A stretch of 64,000 nt of DNA, from the NCBI GenBank assembly GCA_964187785.1, contig OZ076409.1:91824001-91888000 (forward strand). Reading direction: 5' to 3'. Source of the stretch: Amphiscolops sp. MND2022. Lineage: Eukaryota. This document shows positions 38,201 to 51,570 of the stretch, piece after piece (positions within the stretch are counted from its first letter, which is position 1; every line of letters starts with the position of its first letter). The notes under the pieces were generated by a model. It ran no database searches, was not told the origin of the DNA, and saw only the letters and a program-made list of their open reading frames with translations. Made by a program: the position numbers and the translations under genes.

Positions 38201-38869
38201 GATCGACATTGTTCACCCTGAACCAATGACTTAAAGCAAGAACCAATTCCTTCCCACAAGGGTGAATGAGTTTAGTAGGTTTCCGTTCGCTTTCACTCTC
38301 CGGACCATCACGTCTAGTAGCATCATCAAAAGTTTTTCGACATTTTTGGCCATCTTCGGAGCCTCGGGGTTAATTAAATTTGACCGGGGAACACAGTTGG
38401 TCTCATCGGAAGTCGAAAACTTCAGCCGCACAAATTGAGTTGCGACTTCCAAGGCTTTGCCCTACCACCCTCAGGGCAATGGCTAAAAAGGACGCTAAAG
38501 AGGAATTATGTGGAAGGCAGTGAGAATGATTCGCACCATCAGCGCTTGCGTCGATCCGGACACTTATCAAAACCGTCATTAACAAGAGTCCATGACCAAG
38601 AAAACGAGGGTGTTTGCTCCTTGAGTCTTTTTTGGGGACCATGTTTTGTGTAGAGCATGTTTCCATTCCAATCTTGATTTTGATCCGTTTTCTGAGTGCT
38701 GCGAAATAGTCATAAATTCATTTCAGAATCACTTTCTGCCTTGATTTCTCCATATCAACAATCATCAAACAATCTTTCGAAGTTGATGAATAAAAAAAAT
38801 TAGGTTACTGGAGAATGTGGAGAGGGGAAGGTGGCACACTGTTCCAGCTTCAGTTGGATGGCTAATGTT

Positions 38870-41800
38870 AGGCTAATGGAATTGTTCGCTACTTGTGTGT
38901 TGCTCGATTGTAGAATCCACTCGCAGTCTTGACCTTCACAACACGGACGAACCTGTCAGGTCACCGTACACGTATATTACACGTCCGATAGGCCCTTGGA
39001 AAGGCGGTTTCTTGTCATCTATAACATAGCCAACTTCCCAGAGCTTAAGGTTCTCTTTCTATGAAATCCACTTTCCTCTTTCTTGAAGAGTTGACACGTA
39101 TTCGTTAGACCATCGTGTCCAGAAGCCATGGAGTATATTTTGTGTAAAGGACAAACGTTTCACGGAGGAACAATCTTCTATTCTTGATAGCATGTTGCCA
39201 CTTTCTTAGGGGATTAGATCCAATTTTCCACCACAAAAGAAAACTGCAGGTGTTATTGGCAGGATTATTGGTGTTGTTCAGGATCTTCCGAAAATGTTTC
39301 AATGGGTTTCGAATTGAGCACATTTTCGATTTGGCAGAACAATGTAGAAAGTTCATCGAATCTGAGTTCATTTTCACTAATTGTTCGGCGCAGATGCTTC
39401 TCTGCACTTTTCACTGCCGCGCCCTAAAGTCCTCCAAAATGTGGGGCACGAGGGGGATTGAAAGACCACTTTAGCTGCAAGTCTCCGGCTGTTGGTTGTA
39501 GAGATTCCACATGTTCTCTCTGAAGCAGTTATTGTAATGTCTTAATCTCAGCTTGAGCTCCATCAAAATTGCTGTCATTATCAGAGTATAGTGTATCGAG
39601 ACTGCCTCGTCGGGTACAAATCGTGAAGAGCAGCCATGCAAGCTTGAGCTGTTAAGTCGGATACAGCTTCTAGATGCACAGGACGGCTTGCGAAGCATAT
39701 GAAAACTGCCAAATAGGCTTTCAGAGAATTGCGATTAGAAGCCCTTGCACAAAACAGGTCTGGCAAAATCCAAGCCTACGTTTTGGAACTTTTGATTGGG
39801 AATGTCCTCTCGCTGTATTGGGAAATCCCCCATGAAAGGATGAGATGCTTTGGAAGTAAATCGTGAACATGTAGTACAATTCATCATTGTTTTTCACGCT
39901 GGATTTCTGGAGACAAGAATCCAAAATTTCTGTCAAATATGGGCAATAATTTGGTTCGTGCGCCATGAAGGTTGATTTTGTGAGCACTTTTGGATGATTA
40001 ATTCTCTTTCCTTGTTCTACTTTCCTCGTCATAGTACTTCCGTTGTTCTTGTCGAAGGAGAATCATCAGAAGGGCTTCTGGTGACTCTTCCTCTCTATTA
40101 CACAAAGGCAGTTGAACCTTGGGTCCTTCTGCGTAAGCGACGATACGAATGGCCTTCCTGAATGAACTTTGATTTGATAAATCGACGATGTCTTCGGATG
40201 AGTCTCCTACAGAATAAATCTTTACTGTGAGAACTTGTGTAGAGGGTGCTGTCTTCTCACGTACTTCGTTTTGAGGGGCTGATAAAGCTCTGGAGTCTCT
40301 GCAGTTGTTAGCCACTTGCGCCCAGTCCACCAGACATTGTTTTTGCCAAGAGAGAAGCGTTCAGCTCACCAGAGGCTATATCGACTGCATTTTCATGGTT
40401 TGGGACATGTCTCCAGCATAATTCCTGATCCTGATGAATCTCCGCCACTAAATTTGCAACGAATGTTGCCCAGTGATTGGGTTCCTGCATTAGACAGCTT
40501 AATACAATGGTCGAATCGGTCCCAGCAAAACTCTCCCGAATTGCTAATTTCATTTTAGAGTGTCCTTCGACTTCGAAAGTTGCAGAAAGCAATCGATTTG
40601 GCAGCCAAAAGCAATAACGTCTTTTCGCCATCAGCATTTTCAGCAATTATGTAATTACACGCAGCATATCCTTTCTCCGAAGCATCGCAGATTACTTGTT
40701 GTGCAATTTTGTCAAATGAGATACCGTGAAAGTGAACTTTTCGCTGGAAGGATTGCAGACGACTCCCAATGTCTTGATGGTGTGTGTCTCATCAAGAAAC
40801 TTGAATTCTTCGTTTGCTTTACGGTATTCTGGCGGTAGTCTCAATACAAGTTCTGATACGTTACTGGTACACTTTTGCGAATTGCATTGGGGCTGCTTGA
40901 GCGTCTTAATGAGCCAATCTTGCAACTTACTACTTCCTGTCTTCGCACTGGTACCTTCGAGCGAAGAAATTCCTTCTGAGTGCATCTTGAGTGTCTTCAA
41001 AGTTGGCACACTCTGTGAGGCTCCGAATGGAGTGGTATGAGGAACTAGCCACGCCATACGTCAATCGTGTCATTCTGTACGTGTCAATTGGCTCCGTTTG
41101 TTGAAATCATCATAGAATTCTGTGTAAGTCTTGGTGCTTCGGACACAATTCCACTTGACTGTACATCTTGGCGACGTCAGCAGACATCGCCACCTTGAAA
41201 AAGGTCATCCTGCCTCATCCCCACTAGCAAGCAGTCATTGAGAGACAAACCACTTGTGGTTTTCGCACTAGCGTCAAAGACGACTCGACGCTCTGTTGTC
41301 GAATTGCTGTCCTTTGTGACGCAATGATGAGGAAGGTAGTGAATTCCAGAATGATGTCTCCAGTTTTGAATGATGTCTCCAGTTTTTGAACGGGTACCTT
41401 TTCAAGAAAATCCAAATCATTTAATTCCTTGATGAATGCAGAGTAGCCTTCCATATGGAGCGATTGGTCACGCACTAACTTTTATTCAAAGTTTAGCAAG
41501 CAACGCATGGCTAAAAGTGTGCTGCGATAAAGCTGTGAGTAATCCTCCTTGGAGGGCATTTCCACAATGAACGTCCGTCATCGTTTCGTGTAGTCGTGCG
41601 ATCAAAATGGTTTTTCTTCCGAGGATATATGTCTTTTTCGGGCCGTTTCTCTTATTCCCAGACGAGACAACAGTTGATAATGAAAATGCAATAAGATGAG
41701 CGGCGATGCTCATTACTTGAAGAGGTTTCTCTGGCCTGACACTACCCAACCGAAGATCGAGTCACAAACCGATAGACCACCATCTTTGAGTTTGACTTCC

Positions 41801-43100
41801 ATCACTACATCCTCGAGGACATCAGCTCCAAGCGGTACATCAATTGTTCCAGGAATTTAGAATGATGGAAAAGCAAGCCTAAGATTCCTAGTATGACTTA
41901 ATTGAGAAACGTCAACTTTGCTTATGGGCACTTGATTTGTTATTCTCGGAAGGGCGTGAAGATTAACAGGCACAGCGTTGTGAAGCGTCCTAACCAAAAT
42001 CCCTTTCGTCTTTTCCGTGACTGATGCAACCAAAGTAGTGATTGCGAGTCGACTCTTTTGACTTTGATCATTAGCGCTACTACCATGTTTTCTCTGATAA
42101 CACTGGCTTGAGAGCCTGGTTCAAGTAATGCTCGAAGCTTCACAGTTTTGCCGGTGCAGTCTTTGATTGACACAAGAGCAGTGTAAAGTAGCACATAAAT
42201 GATTGGTACACTAGCATTGCAATGTCCCGGTTTAACTTGCTCTGCCGTCTGTTTGGGTTCTGAGGTGTCTCCTGAGGCCGTGTCAGGTAGAATACTGAAT
42301 AATCCTGCTGCACTTCACCTTCCTTTTTGTCCTGGTTGCCTTTGAAGGGTCGTGGTGTCGTTGTCTGTGACCAGACTGCAGACAATTAAAACAGCTGTAT
42401 CTATCTAGAATCGACATTTTTGTGAATTGTGAACCAGCGTGAAGTTTGTCTTCTTCAGTGCAATTCTGTCTGAACATTGTTGAGAGGAAGTAAAAAATTT
42501 CATCGAGATGAGAACCACTGAAACTTGCAACATGTAGTTTTGGCAGTTTGAGGCTGCAACTTGCATTCGATGGACACGAGCTGCTTCGTAGTGATGAATT
42601 TGACTGTGCTGTGGTTTGTTTCTTGTAATAATCATTTAGTGCTGTTAGACGAGCTATAGTCATATCAGAGAAGTTGTCGAAAGTCGTTGATGCTTGTGTG
42701 CTAGCATCTAATTCGGTCTCGTCTTCAATTTTCTGCTGAATTTCTGTGTTCCTTTTGTGTATGTCTTGCATTTTTCTGCTCCAATTGGACAAAAGTGTTT
42801 CAGCTTCAGACAATTTCTCACCAGCTTCCATCGAGGCTCTCAGAAGATCATCAATGTTTGTTGTGAAATGTATAAAGGCAGATTACACTCTCTCCAACTT
42901 CGTAAAATCCTTTTCTGTTTCTTCGGTAGCCGTTTGTTAGTAAGTGACGTGTTGATTTGAGTTGAAGACCTAGAAAATTTTACTCTATTCGGGTAAGCGG
43001 ACCCATATGTACGTGTCGAAGCTCTTCGCAGGTTTGACAACAGTTACAGAGGTAATTATTTACGTCCTTGGCTGAGGTCCAATGGCGAACCATTCAAAAT
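38870..43100 (-). mobile_element. BEL/Pao LTR retrotransposon internal region, decayed
   Basis: gag LKLPKL..FSG and CFNCLQSGH; LRALLEPGSQASVI; ADVAKMY; TDSTIVL..FVAN..WRHVP; FICFASRPVHLEAVSDL; FNPPRAPHFGGL; EYVSTLQERGKW. Confidence 0.92.
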
Positions 43101-43909
43101 GTTTGAGACAAAACTGGAACTTTGAATTGAAAAAGCGGCAAATTTCTTCAAAAAATAGCGCGAAAGAAACTATTTAGAAGTCATGGCAAGCAAATAGAAT
43201 AGAAAAATATAATAGAGAAGTCAAGCATGTCAATGAACACACATGGCGCAATCTATTTGTCTGGTTTGAATTCGGCAGAAATGGCAAACTTATCAACATA
43301 TGCAGTTTCAACAAATATGCTGTCAGTCTTCTGCTCATATAACGACTTGGCCGGGTTACCCAAAATTTTCGAAAACACTTTTTCTAATTGTCATAATTTT
43401 GTGTTTGAGAACAGGAAGAGTTCCATATTACTGTACACTCTTAGAGTAGGAAATCCAGAGGTTATACAGTCGAAAACGCCAGTGGGTTTGTTCTGAGTTT
43501 TTCTGGAGGACGATTGTTAGTGTACAGAGTGCGAAAACTCCATGTATCAAGATAGGGTAAAACCTTGAGGGCGCGGCAGATAATCTAAACTTCAATAAAA
43601 CGTCAGGGTTGTTTGTGCGCTGAATCGAGGGTTTCTTTAGTTGTTTCCATGCCACTCTTGGTATCCATCCGAATTCTGGGTGATGAGAAATAGCCAAAAA
43701 CCATTCCAGACAAAGAGACAAAATTGTAATTATTCTTCAAGTTTACAGCGTTAAAAAACGCGAAGGGATACGCATAAGACTCGAGAACAATTTTCTCTAA
43801 CTAGAAACATCAAAAAATCCATCTTTTTTTAACCGAAACTTTTCCAAAAAAATTTGAGAAACTTTTTTTGGACTTTTTTCGAAAAAAATTTTTGTTGAAG
43901 GTCTCCCCT

Positions 43910-46864
43910 GGAGGGCGGGAATAACGTCTGAGGAATAAATTCTGAAAAAAAAACGGAAAAGCATCTAACTTTTAGTCAATTTTTGTATATAACGTCTGAA
44001 GGTTAGGACGTTATTCATGTTTTTTAGCCGTTGTTCCTGAAAGTGAAAACTTCTATAAACTGACTTTAAAAACTTCCTGGTTTGAGAAACTGACTACATG
44101 GCAGAAGTTGATGTCATCAAAGGCCGATGTAAAGGTGCAGTTGTCTACATCTTCAAGACATTTTGTAGTTGAAGAAAATTGAGTACAAAGATAAATTCCA
44201 TTTAGGTGCCACAGTCACAGTAGTGGCTGTCCAGGAACAGGGTACATTCAAGGAAAACGTTTCGATGTTCAAGGACATACGCATTCGGAGCATAACAATA
44301 TAATTGAAAAAACGAAAAATTGATCTAAAATCAAAGATGGCTGTGAAAAGACTCCCCCTGGCCCCGAAAGACATATAACGACAATCTCTAAACAAATTGT
44401 ACTGGAATGTCCTTGTTCAGTCGAATGAGGTCAACAATGAAAAAACAGCGTGAAACAACTTTCCCACCGATTCCAAAGTCCATGATTGGTTTCCATCAGA
44501 TATTGATAATGCAGATTTGGGTAATCCAATTAGGATTATCTGTTTCGATAGAAAAATCATATTTGTCATAGCTGACACTTATAATGTCTTTGGCTCTCAA
44601 ATTTGAGATACTCATTGGCCCAACGTTCCAAGAATTGGCACCCAGCATAGTTTTGATCAGCCCATCGAAAGTACTTTGTTTTCTACTTTTATGTGGAAAA
44701 GACCTGCATTACTGGCTTCACCCCTGTCATAAAGTTTTCTGTATATGGTCAGAAACGCCGGACGAATCCAGATGTGGAACGGCATTTTCAAAACGTATTG
44801 GTCAAAAAAGACCGAGCGTTTGATTTTTCTCATTGAAATTAAAGAGTAAAGTGTTCCGTAAATACAAATACGAAAATGCAAAAACTGTGGATCGCTTCAT
44901 TTCGGAAGCAAAAGGAATATCAATTGTCAATAGCTATAAGCCCCAAGACTTTCTGGAGTGGTTTCGCACGCATCGCAAAAATCTCTAGAAAAGATGTTTA
45001 TGATTGAAATGGACAAAAAACAAGAACCTGGACGAAAATGAGGAACTACATTTGAATGAGGAAACTACGTCTCTTGGAAATAAGACAACAACTTTGAATA
45101 TTTTGCCACCCTGGAATGTGTAGAGTCTGATTTGAATGATTATTGAGACTGTGGCACCTGTGAGCTAGAAAAAAAAGTTTTCCGCAGAGCCCTGTACTCA
45201 CATGATGTGTTCTTTTTGTTTGAAGGGGGAAACTGTGCAAATTGAGATGCCAAAATTGAATCGAAGTTTCCAATCGATTTGTAACTTTATTGATTCTTGA
45301 GAGTTTTCCGTGATCAATCTCATTTGATGATAATCAACTCTTGCACTCTGATGATTGCCCGACGTTCAGAGGTCTTTAGTCACTATTCCCGTTTTTCAGA
45401 ATTGGTTTATAGATTTGTCTGTACTTTAGACGTTATTCAACTGTTTAGACGTTAACAGTCTATCATTGAAAAATCAACAATAAAACCTGATAATTCATTC
45501 ACCTACTTATGAAGCGGGAAAATGCTTCCACCTTGTTTTATCCGACACTAGGAACGTCGAGTGTAGGGTTGACAAAAGTTGTTGCCCCTTATTCCATTTA
45601 CTTTTCACTCGAGGGCACGAATGCAAATTTACCTTTTATATTTTCCTACTCATCCATCATTCGATAAATCAATTTTCAATCAACCTCTAACCCCTTTATG
45701 TTATGCCGACCCGAAAAGAAAAATTACTTCCAGGATCTTTCTTCCCAAAAAATTCCATTTGATTTTTTTTCAAGTTTCTGGCAATCGCTTTTATCGATTT
45801 TTTTAAAACCATTCTTAAAATTAGTTCCTGACCTGTCTTTTTAAACCATCAAGTATCCAATGATAGCGTACTTCGCCCAATTTTCCGTTTCAGCGAAATG
45901 TCCCGGTTCAGTTCGAGACGTCAGAACGGGAACACTTCCAACCTTCTCATTCGCACTTATAAAACGAAGTACATCAAAAGCATCGAAGTAAGCGCAGCAG
46001 TTAATTCGAATCGAGGAGCAACACTTCCTGAGTTGGTCTATTCAGTTGAGTCGTACCCGTTCCAAAAGCTGAACAAGGTGGTGATTGTAGGGTGTGTAGA
46101 TATGGACAGGAAAAAACTGAACGAAAAGCAAGTTACGAACTTTAATCGAATTGTTGAAGTTTCGGAAACAGGTCGAAAAAATCACCGGAAACGCGTCGAT
46201 TAGATCAGATCAAAAACTAAACATGTCATATCAAGCACCTCTTGGGTATGTCCCCATTTCGTCTAGAGTTGGTAAGAGTGGTTTCGCACGTATCGTAAAA
46301 ATCTCTACAAATAATGTTTATCACTGAATTGGACAAAAATAATGACGTGGAAGAAAATCAGGATCTACTTCTGAATGAGGAAACTACGTCTCTTGGAAAA
46401 GAGTCATCATTGAATATTTTGACACCCTGGAACGCGTAGAGCCTGATTTGAATGATTAGTCAGCCTGTGCCACCTGTGAGCTAGAAAAAATGAATTTTGC
46501 GCAGAACCCAGTGGTCACATGATGTGTTCGTTTTGTTTTGAAGACGGAATCTGTGCAAAATGCGATGCGAAAGTGGATCAAAAGTTTCCACTCGATCTGT
46601 AATTTTCTTGATTCTTGAGTGTTTTCCGTAATCAATCTCCTTTGGTGATAATCAACTCCAACTCTTGCACTCTGATAGTTTTTTAAACATTTCGGAGATT
46701 TTCAGTAGTTATTTCCGTTTTTGAGGTTTGTTTTGAAGATTTGTGGATCTCTTCGACGTTATTCCACAGTTTAGACGTTATTTCGCTCTTCAAACGTTGT
46801 TCCACTGTATAGACGTTATTATTCTTTTTTGACGGTGTTCCACTGGTTAGACGTTTTTCCCGTT
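43910..46864 (+). mobile_element. Mutator/MULE transposon remnant with duplicated 3' end
   Basis: CGGGAATAACGTCT at left, inverted AGACGTT(A/T)TTCC repeats at ~46750-46862; RCHSHSSGCPGTG...GHTH zinc-finger-like motif; FPPIPKS; YVEKT..FSVYGQKRRTNPDVERH; ~500-bp diverged direct repeats 44956-45455 / 46276-46790 encode a RING finger. Confidence 0.75.
45898..46203 (+). pseudogene. Possible SGNH-esterase-type LINE ORF1 fragment between the MULE repeats
   Basis: LLI....KYIKS..AAVNSNRGATLPEL...VVIVG resembles SGNH blocks I-III; degraded. Confidence 0.35.
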
Positions 46865-47384
46865 TATTAACAAGTTATTCCCTAATATTTGGTGCAAATT
46901 GTCAAAAAAGTTCCTGTGTCAATTTTCAAACACCATAAACTTCGCTAATCGACTCGAAGTGTTGTATCACTTTCGATCTCTTTTAAATTGATTCCAGTTT
47001 TTCGATCAACGAGTTCGATCAGTTTCTGGTCGTCCCGGAAAATTTGATCTGTTTCATACAAGCCGTGATAGCAGCAGGCGTCAACGATCACCGAGACAGT
47101 GCCCGACGTTTTAGCTAAAACTGGCGATTACTGATCCAGCTCGTAATCTGTAAATATAACCCATCAACCCTTTTTATCCCTAAGACCATTAGAACGTCCA
47201 AAAATAGAAATTTCAACTGTAAAGTTTATCATTTGAATGATGCCCTGTTCAATTTAACCTAATCTTCTGAAGTATGATGACTACCGAACATTGTCAAAAA
47301 CAAAATATTCTCCAGTGAGATAGTTCACGGGCGACCGAACATTTTCACCAGGCTTGCCATTTGATTCACTTAGATAAGAATCCT

Positions 47385-48780
47385 AATTTCAGGTTTTTTG
47401 GCGTAGGCGAAGGACTTCGACGAATAATTGGAAGGAGTATTCTAAAATGCCTCTTCAACGACCTCAAACAGCTGGGCGCAACCTGCAGCTCTGCCTAGGC
47501 CAAAAATTCCGAATCGAATTCGCCATTCACGCTCTAAGAGAAAGCGTTTGACAAACCTGGATCGGAAGGAATGCTCCTCATTGACGCTACAGATGCATTC
47601 AATAGTTTGAACAGAAAATTAGCATTTGAAAACATAAAAGTTGTATGTCCATACCTTCACTTCCCTCTGAAGCTTTCCTATGCATCGCCTTGCTCCCTGT
47701 TCGTCAAAGATAAAACGATTCTTTCACCAGAAGGCACTACTCATGCTGATCCTTTTGAAATGTCAATGAATGGAATCGTTTGGTCACTTGTGAAAAAACT
47801 GGTCAACACCGATATTGTCCAGAAAATGTACGTCGACGACGGAAACGCCGTAGGAAAACTGATAGATCTGCATCAACTTCACGAGGCCCTAGCTGAAGAC
47901 GTGCCAGTGGTTGGATACCATATCACCCAGTGCCACACTTTAGCGGAGAACAACCACCTAGAAAACACCAAGTAGTTTTTGAAGAATAAAAATGTTAACA
48001 TCTTGGAAGTCCATCGAATGCTCGAATCGGTCATCGGCAGCGCATCTGCATGTCACGATTTCAAAACGAAAATAGTGTCAGAGCACGCAAAGACCATTTC
48101 TCAACTCCCGCAGCGTGCCAAAACAGCACCTCAGAGTTCCGCGACGATCTTGGATTTTGATATGGAGATATGGAGAGGAACTGAAGAAGACCCAGGCGTC
48201 ATTTCCCTGTGGAGAGAACTTCAATCTTCAACGCACTGCACTGTGCCAAAGGCGGATAAACCCACATGAGACATAACGAAATCCGCGACACTTTTGCAAA
48301 ACTCATGAAAGTGTTTGTTCCGATGTAGATCTTGAACCAAAGCTTCAGTCGATGAAAGGCGAGTCCTTCGATAACAGAACAACGACCACTCAAAACGAGG
48401 CCAAGTTGGATATCAAAGCAAACAGTCTATGGGAAACGAGATTTAATCGTACGTCTTTTGATGTGAACGTTTTCAATCCTCATGCAAAATTTTGCCCCAG
48501 AACGATCAAGGTAGCCTATAAATTTTATGCAGTTCAATGACGATTGAAGTACGAGCAATGAATAGTGGAAAATGAAAAGTCTTTCAACCAGCTCTTGTTT
48601 GTCACCACAGGTGGAGCCGCACCGACTGCATCTAATGTAATGAGCAGGCTTGCATTCATACTGATCGGAAAGAGTGAAGACACTTATGCAGAGGTAATGT
48701 GCTACATAAGAACGAAAGTAAATTTAGCCCTACTGAAAGGCTCCGTTCTGTGCCTGCGCGAGTGCCATTCTGGTCAGTTT
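47385..48780 (+). mobile_element. Second CRE-type RT-REL non-LTR family fragment
   Basis: GVGEGLRRIIGR, LLIDATDAFNSLNR, EGTTHADP, YVDDG; RHNEIRD, EAKLDIKA..W...FDVNVFNP; FVTTGG. Confidence 0.88.
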
Positions 48781-49511
48781 CATAGTGCCACAAAAAACGG
48801 GAAGGGAGTACCTTTTGGCCTCACCCGGTCTTGTATGTTACACTGAAAGAAAGGAACAACTCTTTTGGTTAATTTCCTGAGGCCAAATAATCCAATTTGA
48901 CAGTGTCGTTGAACTTTTAAGAACTATTTCTGTTAGTTCGTGTGAATTGAAAAAAGGAAAAAAGCCACTAGTATAGTCGCCATTCATGAAGCGATTCATG
49001 AAGCGCTGACTAAAAAATGAGAATCTTGAGCATTCTCATAAAACCTTGAATAGTCTCATATTGCCAAAAATTGTGGTCAAAATTGCCAAAATGGGGTCCC
49101 TTTGGGATTTTTCAACATCCATTCCGTTGCAAAAATCTAGAAGAAGTGAAGTGAGCAAACCCTGTGAAGGCCTTTTAAAAATTTTCGAGAAAAAAAGCAA
49201 AAAACGAGAATTTTGAACAGTCTCATAATGCCGAAGAGGGGCCCGTTTTTCGATCCTGCTCAGTTAAACGCTAATTATTTCCAATATGAGGTCAAAAGTT
49301 CGGATACAGCGTGCTGGGCCACATGGGATTGCCGTTTTCGAACATTATTTTTGTCCTGAGTAAAACGCAATAAAGTTAGGATATTAAGTACGGATAGTAT
49401 TGAAAAATTCTATAGGTGAATATATACTGGGAAAATCCTATTTCAAACAAACAATGAGAATTTGAAACAGTCTCATAGTGCCGAATAACCGAAAAGAGGA
49501 AACATTTGGCC

Positions 49512-50140
49512 TTTTCAGTCGGCGCTTTTCCATTAAGGGAAAAATGCCCGACTATAGCAGTGACTGTTTTTTTCTTCAGACTACAATCCTCACACTGATC
49601 GGTCCACTTTTTAGAAACAATCCTGAAACCACCTCAGGCGCCCAGTCCGTCCAAGGGGCCAAGGCAAACTGAGTGCAAAGGGTCTCCCCTTTCATTTTTT
49701 ACTTTTTCAAGGTAACCTACAAAACCGGACGGGACTAAAGAGTCCCCCCTTTAAATTTTTTTTCCGGCACTGTGCGACTTTTTTTTGGAAAATTTTTTGT
49801 CTCCAAAGGGTCCCCCTTTCATTTTTTACTTTTTTAACGTAACCTACAAAATTGGCCGAGACTAAAGGGTCCCCCCTTTTGATTTTTTTCGGCACTGTGC
49901 GACTTTTTTTTCGAAATTTTTTAACGTCCCCAAAGGATCCCCACTTTGAGTTTTTTGTTATTTTGCAACAGAATGCAAGTTTATAAATCAAAAAGTGTCC
50001 CCCTTTTACATTTTTTGACACTGTGTGACATTTTCCGAAAAAAAAATTTTTTCGAAAATTTCAAGTTTTTTTCCAAAAAAATGTTTTGCGTTTTTCGAGC
50101 CTTAGATATAGCGCCAACTTTAGACGTTCCCGTCTTGTTT
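49512..50140 (+). mobile_element. HINE/DINE-1-like element with internal tandem repeat units
   Basis: TTTTCAGTCGGCGCTTTTCC...GCCCGACT; 3' AGCGCCAACTTTAGACGTTCCCGTCTTGTT; ~130-bp internal duplication at ~49680-49950. Confidence 0.8.
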
Positions 50141-50846
50141 ATCACCCAGTTGGTTGCAGAAAATCAAAATATCCAAAATGGTACCCTTTGGATGCACCCG
50201 AGATTGCTTTCTAGTAAAGTATGAAGTCCTAAACAAATATGTAAGAAGTGCTTCTTTCAGTGTCAGATCTGTGGTCTGGAGAAAAAATATCACTGTAGGA
50301 GTCCGGCATTTTTTGTTTCACAACAAGTGCCGACTAAAAATACTCGAATGAAACTCCTGAGGGAAAATTTGCACAGTGCCAAAAGCCCGAAAGGACAGCC
50401 CTTAGGACTTCAGACAACGTCTAATAACTAAAAAACATCGCGAAACTAATGTAGACTCCTTTGAACGATTTTGAACTCCTCCAAAACAATCGCTCATTGT
50501 TGACTATGAACATTCATGTAGCTTGAAATTCATGTTTAATATAGGAGTTTTGCCCCTAAATTACCTGATTTTTTGGATGATTTCGGCATTCGGCAATAAT
50601 TTTGGAGACACTGGTCACCAATTAGTCACTTCGACTGAAATGAGAAAAAAACACAGAAAAGACCAAAGCCACTATTTAAATTAGGCATTATTTCGAACTT
50701 TTGTAGCCCTTATTTAAGAAAGTACGGAACAAGACTCAATATTTCAGGCAAGTTGTTAAAAGGAAAAGTTTCATTCATAAAAGAGTTTGTTTAAACTTTG
50801 TTCAGTATCGTTTCCATATTTTTCTCAAGAGTTTTTATGAAACTGA

Positions 50847-51402
50847 TTTTTTTAGTCGGCGCTTTTCGAAGAAAAACGCAGACTCTAGTAGTGACTTCCT
50901 TTTTTTTAAGACCAACGGACTGACAGATTTTATAAAGAGTTATAAAGAGTTAGCTGAGCTGACTTCACTTCACTAACAGTAACTGCAACGCTAGCTATCA
51001 CTGCTAGCACTTGGCATAGAGGTTAATTAAGCTTTTTGAGGTCTGCCAAGCAGAAGGACGTGGGTTCGAGTCCCGTCCTTGATCAAATTTTTTGTGCAGG
51101 TTTTTTTCGGCTTTGTGAGATTTTTTTCGCAAATTTTTCTAATGTCTCCAAAGGGTCCACCCTTCATTTTTTTCTATTTTGCATAAGAATGGATGTTCAA
51201 AACCTCCCAAAGGGCCCCTTTTACAATTTTTCGGCACGATGCGACCGGAGACCAAAAAATTTCGAAAAAAATCAAAAAAACTCGGATTTCCTCAAATTTT
51301 TCCTCACGCGGGTACTGTAGAAGAGAATACTTGACACTTTGAAGCCTTTTGCTATTTTTGAGCCTTAGATATGGCGCCGACTTGGGCCGTTCCCGGCTTG
51401 TT
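50847..51402 (+). mobile_element. HINE-like element carrying a tRNA-derived cassette
   Basis: TTTTAGTCGGCGC ... GGCGCCGACTTGGGCCGTTCCCGGCTTGTT; A box TGGCATAGAGG (51012), B box GGTTCGAGTCC (51063). Confidence 0.78.
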
Positions 51403-51570
51403 ATGGATTTGGTGTGACACGTTACATCTAATAGTTGTTACCTTCATAAACCAGTGTTCCAGCCCTATATCAGTCCAAACGTTTCAACCCCAGGTGACCT
51501 ATACTTTTTTTTGCAAACTTTCGAACTTTTGGTTGAACATTTACATTTTGATAAAAATTGAGTTTTGCAA

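Larger units (their letters stand above)
30407..38570 (+). mobile_element. Ty3/Gypsy LTR retrotransposon, decayed, interrupted at 31321-35986
   Basis: gag from 30889 (…VRDALILGLRSDDIRSRLMELE) resumes at 35995; zinc knuckle CHKCSKAGHWASVC; protease IETGS; RT KIDLKQAYLHIPL, FGVTNAVAAFQR, IDD; RNase H YSVVERE; integrase remnants to ~38570; PBS-like TGGAGACG at 30636. Confidence 0.9.

Noticed and set aside
51005..51085. Functional tRNA gene
   Set aside because: A and B boxes are present but there is no proper acceptor stem or 7-nt anticodon loop, it has an internal T-run, and it sits inside a repeat.
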